A stretch of DNA of 64,000 nucleotides from Neoechinorhynchus agilis (taxonomy: Eukaryota > Animalia > Acanthocephala): assembly GCA_051530055.1 (NCBI GenBank), contig CM121342.1:5765489-5829488 (forward strand), given 5' to 3'. Position 1 is the stretch's first letter; every line of letters starts with the position of its first letter. A model generated the notes under the pieces. The model searched no databases. It had not been told where the DNA came from and saw nothing but the letters and a program-made list of their open reading frames with translations. Below, one piece after another: positions 1 through 10,562 of the stretch. Both the position numbers and the translations under genes were made by a program.

Positions 1-2198
1 TAAGCACATAAAATGCTGGCACAGCTTGGATATTACCATTTCAACGTCTCCAATAATATCGATTTGAGAAGATTCGTATTTGCGTAAACAAAGATGACAT
101 GTCAAGAGTTCGATTGATTGATCGAGTGAGCATAAATTTCGATAATTGCGATTTATTTTCCCATTTAAAACGAAGTCAAAATGGTTGCTTAACATCGAAA
201 CGATGATCGTCTGGTGACTGGAAATTATCTCCAGAAGTAGAGCTGCGATTCTGGCACGAATCAAAAATTGATTTGGACAAAAAAGAAGAGCCAAAATTAG
301 TCGCTGCCACTCTTTGTCCGTTAAGAGATCGTCCACCGATTTCTTATCACTTGATTGAAAAAATGTTCCGATCATATCGATAATCATTATACATCTTGTG
401 AACGCAGTAACTATAACAGAATTTTCGACGTTTTATTCGAAAAAATAATCTTACCGTCGGTTCTTAAAGAAGCCTCCAAATGATAATATCCGCGTTCCGG
501 CAAAATTATATCTTTTAAATTTTGAAAGCATAGAGATAAAAATCCTTCCTTATTTGAGTTGATGATTTCCTTAAATATGTAAAAAAAATTAAAAACTCTT
601 CGAAAACAAACAGCGAAAATAGTCAGCGTTCGTTGAATTACTTTAAAAACTTAATTTTATTATACGGCGAAAGTATAAAAAATTATTGCATATTAAAGAT
701 CAAATTAGAAATAAAATCTTGAAGCTTCAAATTGGTCTTTTACAGCAAAATTAAGTTCAATTTTGTTAAAATTTATTTTAAGCTTCAGTAATAATAAATT
801 TGAACGAAGAAATAATTTTTAGAAATTTGAATGAAAACGTTTGCTTTCTGAATCTTCGATAACATTATTGCCATGCTAATTTACTTTTTATTCAAAGCGA
901 AACTAAAATCTTAAATAGTTAAAATCAAGTATTTCAAATTTTTAAAACTGAGAAATTTATACCTGCGAAATTCTAGACGATTTTACGGCGGAAAAGCTAT
1001 TTTTGAGCATCATTCGAATCAATCGATGTCCGTCACCGATTTCGGCCATTGTTAGCGCACTTGTCAAATCTTTCATGAAATCAGTGAGTATGCAGTGGTT
1101 TTCTTCACATAGAACATTCCTAAAATGAACGGAAAAAGGACATTTCGAGTGTTCAGTTTGATGAGTTTTGGCTAAATCTCGAAGGAAAAATCTAAGAGTC
1201 TCTATTATATTTTATGATAAGCGACTTTTCTTGGAATAAGAAAATAAGATTCGTTTTAATAACTCTGAAAACTTTTGCTTCGTTTCTTTGAATTTCATTA
1301 AAACTTCAAAATTAAACTCAAAACGTTTCGTCGTTCGTAAAACAAAGCTTTTTTCGTAAAATGTTCAATACCAACCAGAATAAGGCAACCAACGCGTTTA
1401 AAACGAGTTTTCCTTCATTTTTATATACGACCAATGGCAGATCCTTGATCTCAAGAAGTTGCCGAATTCCGTTCGAATCTACGAACAAATACACGAAGTC
1501 TTTGAATCCTTTTGAACCTGGTAAATATTTGGATTTTTTCGATGTCAAAAGAGTGCCGATTGCCTAATCGTGAATCTGAGTTCAGTATTTAAACCGCCTC
1601 AACTTACTTCAATAACGTAAATAAGTTCCGCTGCCGAAATCGATGAAATTTTCAGTAATTTTATGAGACAATTTCCATCATTTCGTTGTGCGTTCTAAAA
1701 TTAACCTATTGAAATAATTAAATCCCATTTGACTGACTTCAAACAAATTGTATAATCCATAACAAATGTCCTGTGAAGTTGGTAACAAGTTTAATAAATA
1801 TACGGAATCGGTGACGAGCTCAGTTAATCTTTGAAAGTGAAAATTTTACAAGTTTAACAAGAAAATATCTTACATTGATTTGTCGGCATTGGTTTTGTTT
1901 TGTAAAATTTCTCTAAAAAAAGCGGAATCGCTGCATTTTAGAGAGCCAAGTAAAAAGGAATTGAACGTTGAATGTTCCGTTACTGCTGACGTAATGTCAA
2001 TATCCTAAACGAAAATTATTAAATTGTATTTAAGATAAGCTTTTCTTACACAACTCGTAGAATGCGGACACAATTTTTCCCGTTTTTTCTTTTTATTTTC
2101 GATTATCGATAGTTCGATTTCCTTATAAGTAACTTGACCGAGCCACGTTGCGTTATACTCCAATTTCTGAAATGAAAAAAATTCTTAAACGTTACGAA

Positions 2199-2765
2199 TT
2201 AGCAGTCTGACTTTACCTTCTCGTCAACATTGGATAGAACCAGCGTAGACGAAGGCTCAATCAAATCATCAATGAAATTAAATTTCCGAAGAATATCTTT
2301 TAGTGGACTACCGGATCGAACGAATGCGACGATTACTCGATCTTTTGAGTCGCGACTGCTATAACAAATTATCGATTGGCTCGTCAGCGTTCCATGCGAA
2401 TGCTCGCAAGTCCACGAAGATAAACGCGCGAACGAATGCAATTGGTCAACGATGTGGCCAATCAGACGACGAAGTGAGACGCCATTCGATTCTGGTGGTT
2501 GTTCTCTCTTCCTGCTCCAATCTTCTTCGTTAGAAAGCATTTGTCGGAAGCGGTTGAATCTTGAAAATCCAAGAGCATCAGTTTGAAACCTTCCGTCGGG
2601 GATAAGCATTCGCTCGTACTGGTCATAGGCCGTCAAAAATCCTCTTGTTATTCCCAGCCCAATACGAAAACTGGCTTCAGAAATCTTTGAATCGCCCAAT
2701 AGATTTTCTCGTAAGAACGTCTGTAGTTTCCGCTGCATTTCGTCAAATCTTTCGGACAGAGCCAA
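2199..2765 (-). CDS. Probable exon of an unidentified multi-exon gene
   Basis: 188-codon open frame with protein-like composition in AT-rich DNA; no family recognised; true ends probably set by splicing. Confidence 0.4.
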   Translation of the reverse strand: MALSERFDEMQRKLQTFLRENLLGDSKISEASFRIGLGITRGFLTAYDQYERMLIPDGRFQTDALGFSRFNRFRQMLSNEEDWSRKREQPPESNGVSLRRLIGHIVDQLHSFARLSSWTCEHSHGTLTSQSIICYSSRDSKDRVIVAFVRSGSPLKDILRKFNFIDDLIEPSSTLVLSNVDEKVKSDC

Positions 2766-4402
2766 GCACGTGGCAGTCGTGAGGATGAGAGATTTAATAT
2801 GAACAGTTTCATTCGTTACGAATTCGCAAAGATTGTAGCAGAGATCGCTTAAATATTGTGAGCCTAAACGCCAATTTATGCGAGACTAAAAATATTTCGT
2901 CTTACATTGAACGTCATGAATTGATTGCCAACATAAATCTTCAAAGAATCCTCCTCTAAGATCAAAAATTTTTGTTGCGTTTTCAGCCAACGTTCTCTTC
3001 TCGTACTTGAGAATTGATCTTGCGAATGAACAGTAGAGCTTTTGATACCAAATTCAAAATGCGAATTTCGCATAAGACTCTCAAACCTCTTTAATGGATT
3101 TCGATTTAACTTCAGTCAAAATATCGTTAAGAGCACGAAATCCTTCAGTTGTAATTCCGTTGTTGCTTTTTTGAATTTCCGATAATTGCATCAGCGCCTC
3201 GTACTCTTTGCGGAAACAGTGACCAGCCTATAGGAAAATTTCTTTAAAGGCTCCGAATTATACAAAATTCATCTTACCTTAACGTACAAATAATCAGACA
3301 TCAAGAAATTGCGGAAACAGAAATCAAATGCTTGCCCAATCAGTAGATTTCCACTCATTAAACACGTCCACAGCTTGAGAGTGCAATCTGATTTTTGCAT
3401 GTTGTGGATGGTGAACGAAGATTCAATCAAAAATTCGTGAAATGTTGCGCTCTTGTAAGCCAATTGCCGTCGAACTCTCTAAAATGAACGCTCTAATTTT
3501 GACGGATTAAACGAAAAGCAAAATAGAATTTTTGATTGAACAACTAAAATTGCACTTTTAATACGTTATTATGCGCCGAGTTGAGATTTTACTTAAACTC
3601 AAAAAAGAATGCAATCCGTGTTGTGCGCTGGGTTATTCGAAATTTAATAGATTGTGACATGAAGATTTTTGAAACGACCAAAGATTAAAAATTAATACAT
3701 TTTTTGGATTTACCGTTACTTTGACTTAAAGTTTTGTAGCAAACAAAAAAAGGTTTAAATTTAAACAAATTCAAAATACTCTGTATTTTGACGGCAATTA
3801 AATGTAATTCTATCGACAAAAAAAGACACAGCACAATTAAAGTCGAGAAATTAATATCCGATTTTTTGTCGTAAACTTACCTCATCGAATTTATTGGTAA
3901 ATGGTGTATTTTGCAGCCAAGAGAACAGTTTATAGATTCCTGAAATAATTAACCGTTCGCCTACTACATCCGTATAAAGTCCAGAATGTCGAATTTTTTC
4001 CCAACGAAAACTTTAAAAAACATTTTCGATCATTTCGTTGGTTTTAGAAAATAAATTTATAACAAATTTTAGTTTGTTTTCATGCAAGCGGACGACAATA
4101 ATACATTTTGAAAGTTCTCAAGAGTCTCAACCACGAAGTATTCTACATTCTGGACTAAATATCACTTTCACCTTGAAAATAGTTCATGAGACCGCGATAG
4201 AAATCGACGAGCCTTTTAATTGCTTCATCTTCAGTTCCACTTAAGACAAAAGTAATTTGATGAACAAGTGAAAGACAATGTTCGACCAAATAAAGAGGTT
4301 CGCATTCATTATCGAGTGAATCCGAACTTTCCAAACAAAAAGAGTTTGCGACCATTATAAACAGCTAAATTAATAAAGCGATTTTTTCCCCAAACTCAAA
4401 AC

Positions 4403-4939
4403 TCAAACCTGGTAACTTCCAGGTCGCATCGGCGGCACAAATATTTCGGCCAACAAATAATTAATTTCTACTCTCGATTGTGGAGTTTTGAAATCCCGTA
4501 TATCAATCGAATTACTCGCTTCTTTATAAATTGTGATCCAATTCTTTTTATCCTTTCGTATCAAATAATAGTAAATTTTCATTTTCACCAACGCCTTTCG
4601 AAGTGGATTTGGTTCGGTATTGTCGAATGCATCTCGTACGTTCCACGCTTTAATAATCTCCGATAAATCATATTTCGAGGAATATTCTTTGTAATCGTAA
4701 AGAAATGTCTCCAGTAAAATATCTTCGTCAATAGGCATTTCGAACAGTTTGAATATTCGCATTAAGACCATTTCGAGCAGATCCATTTTTAAGCGGTCAT
4801 TGCCGTTTATACTGCGAATTCTCGTTATGAATTTCAGATTGTGTGCTCCAATCAAGTTATAAATATAATATGGAAGCAGCTTAGGCAGAATCTCGTCGAA
4901 GGTAAACAGAAAAAGATCGCGAAACGTTGCGTCGTTCAA
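4403..4939 (-). CDS. Probable exon of an unidentified, predicted helical protein
   Basis: 178-codon ORF, Leu/Ile/Tyr-rich; no motif recognised. Confidence 0.45.
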   Translation of the reverse strand: MNDATFRDLFLFTFDEILPKLLPYYIYNLIGAHNLKFITRIRSINGNDRLKMDLLEMVLMRIFKLFEMPIDEDILLETFLYDYKEYSSKYDLSEIIKAWNVRDAFDNTEPNPLRKALVKMKIYYYLIRKDKKNWITIYKEASNSIDIRDFKTPQSRVEINYLLAEIFVPPMRPGSYQV

Positions 4940-5573
4940 GAAATTCGGACTTGTTAGTACGTTGAGAAGTTTCGTGAGACCTCCAGAAATAACGAACTAA
5001 ATTAAAAGAAAATACATAATTATTCTGTCCTAGAGAAAAGAAAACAGTTTCATGTGGGCGATAAAATGTTTTTTAGGACATCTTTTTTCTAGGAAAATCT
5101 GCAATGATTATCGCCGACTCATAATGAAAACAAAAATCCTCAAACGTCAACTTACGGTGTTCAAAATGTCAAAAAATAAATTTTGATCAATAAATTCGGA
5201 GATGTTCCCAGCTATAACATAAGAGTTTCCAAATTGCGAAAAAATGCATGGTATAATTTCGCTTTCAATCCAAAACACGGGATTCGTCGGAAAATCTTCT
5301 GTATTAACCAATTGGTTCTTGAAAATCTAAATGAATGCGTCTTAAACAAATATTTTTTGATGAGTTTTTTACCTGTTTAATAAAACGCAAAATTAGTGAC
5401 CCTTTCGTATTTTTTTTTGATTCGGGACAGATATTAAATCGTGCGAACATTTTGGATGATTTTACCATAAATCGCCACAAATGAACATAGTCAAAAGGCA
5501 TGAGGTTTTCGAGATCGGTGTTCAATAAAATCTATACTACGATTGATTTAAGTCAAGAAACGATAGAAAAATT

Positions 5574-6430
5574 CTATACATAATATTGAGTAAGCACGAA
5601 CTTTATATCTTCTTCGACAATTTCATTCTTTCTAAACACTTTTTCCATTGCGCTGCTTAGATCGGATAAATGTTCGCTCGATAAATGGGAACTCGTCAAA
5701 TGTTGTTCAAATTGAACGAATTCGGATTCATTGATATCAGCGAGCATTTCAGTGTATTCGTAATCCGGAATCGTTGACCAATCATCTGGAAACAAATCCT
5801 AAATGCAATTATGAAATCTTTTGGTCAGTTTTTTTTGGAATTAGAAAAAAATTCTGGAAATATTTTTTGCTTATGTCGTTCAACGAACTTATCGGATTTT
5901 AAATAACCAACGTTCATACGTTCACCGGAGCAAATTAACTTACCTCGGCTCTCTTTCTCATACTCAGAACGATTTCGATTTCCTTTTGATTATTACTGCA
6001 AACTGAATGCATTTTCATCTTTTTTAGCCAATTTAAAGTGTTTTTCTTTTGTTCCGGGTTTATAATACTTTTGATTGCTCCTGGAACCGAAAATTGGTTC
6101 AAGAGCAGATACTCTCGAGCGCTTTGAGCGTCACATTTTGCAACGGAAACCACAGTGTTCACCATTTCATCCAAATATTCATTGCATTCTTTGCCATTCC
6201 ACTACTCAACGGCCATCAACGAGTTGGTGAAAAGTAGTTTTTAAACTTACAAATTTCACATTTTCATACTGTCGCCGGAATATCGAATTGATAAAGTATT
6301 CGTCAACGTCGGCTGAAATTAATCTTTCTGCTATTTCAAGGTCGCAACTGAGAAGTCTGCTTAAAATTTCCGCGCATTCATGATCTTTATAACAATTTTT
6401 TGTTGTAAAATGTTCGTTAGACATTTTCAT
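5574..6430 (-). CDS. Probable multi-exon gene with a UBA-like segment
   Basis: Three consecutive minus-strand ORFs; VVSVAKCDAQSAREYLLLNQFSVPGAI resembles UBA-like three-helix bundles. Exon joins not resolved. Confidence 0.35.
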
Positions 6431-7102
6431 CTAAATTTTTTATTACTGAATGAGATGCTAAAAAGGATCGGCAAAAAAATCAAACACAAATATTTGAATT
6501 TATTCTTAAAAAGAAACGAGCAAAAGTGATTAATTCAGGTCAAAAGGAAAATTTAGAAATTCTTATAATGAATATTCGATGATGAGAACGTCTTTTTTCC
6601 CCTCGATAATCAAAGCATTTCAACTCGTTTAAAATCTATCGAGACTTTCTGTGATGAAATAATTATCGGGGAAAAACATTTGAATTTCAAATCAGTTTAA
6701 AAACTGGTGCAACATCTTCTAAAGTTGAACAGCGTTCTTTGAATTAGTCTCGACCAAATCTTACCAAAGGTCCAGATTCTCGGATATAGTTTTTACCACG
6801 GAATTTTACTCGACAAAAGTAAAAAAATTAATTGAACCGATGACTCACCATTACTCGCAGTTTAAAACAATTTTATGTTACGGCGAAAAAGGCGTCGAAC
6901 GCGGCTATATAGTAAATTTGATGGCGGCCTGGAGTTAGTGGGCAACTCAAAAAACAACATAAATCATGTAGCCGAAAACTCCAATCTTTTTCCAGGTCGC
7001 TTCAAATATTAAGGCACGTTTTCGCTAATGATCACAAAAACCTTTAAGTTTATGCGATTCGAATTGGGCGATTTTTTTTAGATTAATGTCTTTTTTATTC
7101 AA

Positions 7103-10100
7103 TCAGAACAGATTATCACCGTCTCCTTCATCATCAGTGCAGGTTAGCACGATTTTATTTCGTTGATTCTATAAAAGCAAAAAATTATTGATAGTGTAAA
7201 AGCCCGCAGTACATACCAACTGATCTTGAAAATGTTCAGCAGGTCCAATTTTTAGACGTGCCAGTGCTTGTTCCTTTTTTAAGGAGATTTCAAAGCCAGG
7301 AAACAGGTTTTTATATTCTCCGGGTACAGCGATGGCCTTTGATAATCTTTCTTTTGACTCACTTGCTAAAGACACCTTCCACATTTTGGTAACACGATCA
7401 ACTTCGGAGGGACAATAAACAAGAGAAAACGTAGCCGCTTCTGCCATCCGGTTGCACTTCAGCAAAACTTCGAGACATTTTTTGGGAGAGGAAGTTATAA
7501 AATAGCATAAGAATGCCATATTGTACTTCCGAGATTCCATAAACCTGGAAGCTAAGTCAAGAACCGTTTGGAGATCGCCCAGACTTGTGGCGATTAAGAA
7601 GAGTCCATCCAAGTCGTTTGCCTTTTCAAGGCACATCTTTGCTTTATCGATTTGTCCTAGTGAGAGTGCCAGTTGTGCTAATTGTTTGTATTTATAGACG
7701 GAAGAGAGTTGATCGGCCATTTCAATGGCAGTATCAAGCCTTTTTAGACTCAATGCCAACTCGAATATGTGTTCCTTATCCTGAGTGACTTCAATTGCTT
7801 TCTCGGGCCGTTTTTGTTTCTCCAGGAATTCCGCTATTTTAGTTCTAAAGCTCACAGGGATAAGTTCGAGGATATTGTTTGAGACTTCTTCATCTTCTCC
7901 TCGCAACACAGCGGTTTGATAAGCAAGGACGCTCATAGGAACATGAAAAGAAACCACGGATGAGTCTTTATCGATTAAATATAGGCGATCATCCGACTGA
8001 ACGTATCCAAGGACGTACATACGTCGATCCAAATGAGCAATATTGACGATTTCACCTCCCACATAATAGGAAAGTTTGTTTTGACCACTTGTAAAGATAA
8101 AACAGTCACCAACCCACGTTCCACTGATAACTTCTTCGCCAATATCGTCTTCAACAATATCAAATGCATCTTCAACTTCATCACTTTCTGCACTTAAACA
8201 CTTAACCGAATGAAGATTTAGATTTAGAATGTGGAAACAGTGCTCTTCGACCAATGCCAACATGACCGTACTTGCTTGATCATCACTGGAAGACGCCCAT
8301 ATCACATGAGTAGCCTTTTGAACTTCAATAGCTCTAATATACACTCCTGTTTCCCAATCATAGAAACTCACGGCTAATGGAGATCGAACAGCAAGTAGAC
8401 GACCTCCAAATAATCCATCCGCGCTCTGGTCCACGCGAACACTCACAGCTTCCTTAAAATTACGAAATATTTTCACTAAATTCCCATCCCTTACACGCTT
8501 GTGATAGCAGATTAAAAGCAAACGACCGCGCTACCACAAACCAATACAGCAAACTCGGATCCTTCTAGAGCCCAGCAAAAATCCTGAGCATTTCCGTAAG
8601 CTTTGTTTCGGAGCGCCATTGCGGTATACACAATATACTCACCGTCTCCACATGCAGCGAAAAATCGGCCATTGGGACTGTATGCTATTGTATGGGGATA
8701 AAACTCACATGTACCCATATCTTTCCTATTTCCACTCAGTTCGAGCCGTTCTCCATCTTCAGTTGGAGATACTCCACGAAGGTTAAACTGTTGTATGTCC
8801 GCATGGATGGCCATTACAACTTTTCCTGTTAATTAAACATATCGGTTAGGTTTTTTTAAGTTTTACTGGCAAGCCGGCATTGTTTTATCATCATTAAATT
8901 TTAGTCAATCCCTTTCTTGTCCGGCTTATTTATTTAGGCATAAAACCAATTATACATCAGAGGAGTGATATAACCGCATAGTCTCTATAATGCACGGTTA
9001 AAAATTTGTACATTCCTCCGGATCCTCAGATACCTCCCGAGGAGGCGGGACTCATCAGTGAGTTTCCTCCCTTCAACGAGATATTTCGTCCCTTTTGGTT
9101 GTGCGTCATTGGTGGTAACGGATTCGAACCAGTTGACCCCTAATCGGGATCACGGGCATTAGTCCACTTGAACACCTCGACACAACTACGAAATGTCAAA
9201 CTCAGCCAGTTTTTCGACTCAGGGCGAGCGCCGTGTTCTATTTTTAAGTATTAGTGGTCAAGTGGTTCGAATCCGTTACCACCAATGACGCACAACCAAA
9301 AGGGACGAAATACCTCGTTGAAGGGAAGAGAAAACTCACTGATGAGTCCCGCCTCCTCGGGAGGTATCTGAGGATCCGGAGGAATGTACAAACTCTTAAT
9401 CGTGCATTAGAGACTATGCGGTTATATCACTTCTCTGATGTAATTGGTTTGGCTTTATGCCTAAAAAATAAGCCGGAAAAGAAAGGGATTGACTAAAATT
9501 GAATGATGATATCGGTTAGGATAAAGAAAATCAGAGACAATGATTGAAAAATACCTGAGTTTTTGTCCATGGATACAGCTGGATCCTCACGACCCAATTT
9601 CACCACAAGACTTCCTTCATCGAATCCGAACGCCACTACATTGGTGTGAGGCAAGGCACAAGCCGACCAACACCTCTCTAATCCATAATTCAACGTATTT
9701 TCAAGTCGATACACAGTTGAATGCCAAAGTTTGATGGTTCCGTCTTCAGCTCCAGAAATTATGAGAGGCATTTCAGGATGGAAAAATACGCAGCTCACGT
9801 TTTGCAAATGACCATGAAGGACGTGAATACACGACTTATTCTGATAATCCCAGATCTTGACAACATTATCATCAGCACCTGAAGCCAAATACGGCTTATC
9901 TCGGGCATGACAATAAGCGACACAATTAACGCCACGTTCGTGTCCTTCAAGAGTGAAATTCGGATGATTTGAATTGAGCTGCCACACTTTCACGGTTCGA
10001 TCAAGGCAAGCACTAGCGAATGTGTTCGTATCTTTAGGATTTATCGCGATTTGCATAACGTAATGGATGTGTCCTTCAAATGTCTGCTTAAGTGAGAATT

Positions 10101-10485
10101 TCGAGTCCCAGTCCCACATCTTAATGCTCATATCGTCACTGGACGTTATAATGAACGATTGACTCGGATGGATCACAATGCAACGAATGTAATCGGAATG
10201 GGCTTCGAACTGGTGGACGCGCTCCATCGTATTGTAGTTGAATACTCGGATCATCATGTCGTCGGAGCCAAGAACAATCCAACTCTTACGACACACAAAT
10301 CCACCGGACCGTATGGGAACATCACCCACCTCAAACGATTTTACCGTCTGTTGACTCTCGTAGTTGTAAATGTGAGCGTATCCATTGTAGAGGCAGGACA
10401 GAATCCAAGGCTCACTTGAGTGAAAATCGACGCATTTCACTCGGTCCGATCGAGTGCACAACTTCCTTCTAATGTCCAATCGCAT
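7103..10485 (-). CDS. COPB2: Coatomer subunit beta' (WD40 plus solenoid), 4 exons
   Basis: [75 protein letters not shown] intron 9554-8826, plus short introns near 8.5 kb and 7.2 kb; inferred last exon ends in TGA at 7105-7103. Confidence 0.97.
9020..9092 (-). ncRNA. Hammerhead ribozyme, non-circularly permuted (copy 1)
   Basis: Minus strand reads GGGAC-GAAA-TATCTC ... CTCA-CTGATGA-GTCCC ... GAGGTAT-C-TGAG; stems I, II and III all pair around an intact core. Confidence 0.75.
9109..9181 (-). promoter_or_regulatory. Degenerate tRNA-derived (Ser/Leu-like) head with Pol III A and B boxes
   Basis: GTCGAGG-TGTTCAAGTGG-ACTAATGC resembles the tRNA-Ser/Leu 5' end and D-loop; exact B box GGTTCGAATCC 33 nt downstream; acceptor stem does not close, so not a functional tRNA. 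Confidence 0.55.
9302..9377 (+). ncRNA. Hammerhead ribozyme, non-circularly permuted (copy 2)
   Basis: GGGAC 9302-06, GAAA 9307-10, TACCTC 9311-16, CTCA 9335-38, CTGATGA 9339-45, GTCCC 9346-50, GAGGTAT 9361-67, C 9368 (cleavage nucleotide), TGAG 9369-72. Confidence 0.75.
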
Positions 10486-10562
10486 CTTTAACAGGGAGGG
10501 CGCGGGGAAAGTCTAGAAACTTTTCTATATCTACCGAAAATCTTATATTTAAACGGTCTCAA

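Larger units (their letters stand above)
8851..9508 (-). mobile_element. Non-autonomous retroposed insertion (tRNA-headed, hammerhead-bearing, 5' inverted duplication) in COPB2 intron 1
   Basis: Direct repeat ATATCGGTTAGG at 8839-8850 and 9509-9520; T7 at 8851-8857 (A-tail on minus strand); ~250-bp inverted arms at ~8887-9138 and ~9256-9510. Removing the insert leaves a 59-nt intron of the size typical here. Confidence 0.8.

Noticed and set aside
9109-9181. Functional tRNA gene
   Set aside because: Acceptor stem does not pair and no clean anticodon arm; treated as a tRNA-derived head.
9254-9496. 80-aa plus-strand ORF, and related 55016-55518 minus-strand ORFs
   Set aside because: Lie within the non-coding repeat element; shared peptide (GRYLRIR) only reflects the nucleotide homology.
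8887-9510. TA-flanked Tc1/mariner MITE interpretation of the foldback
   Set aside because: A 12-bp direct repeat, an A-tail and a 36-nt unique 3' segment outside the left arm fit retroposition better, though this reading is not fully excluded.
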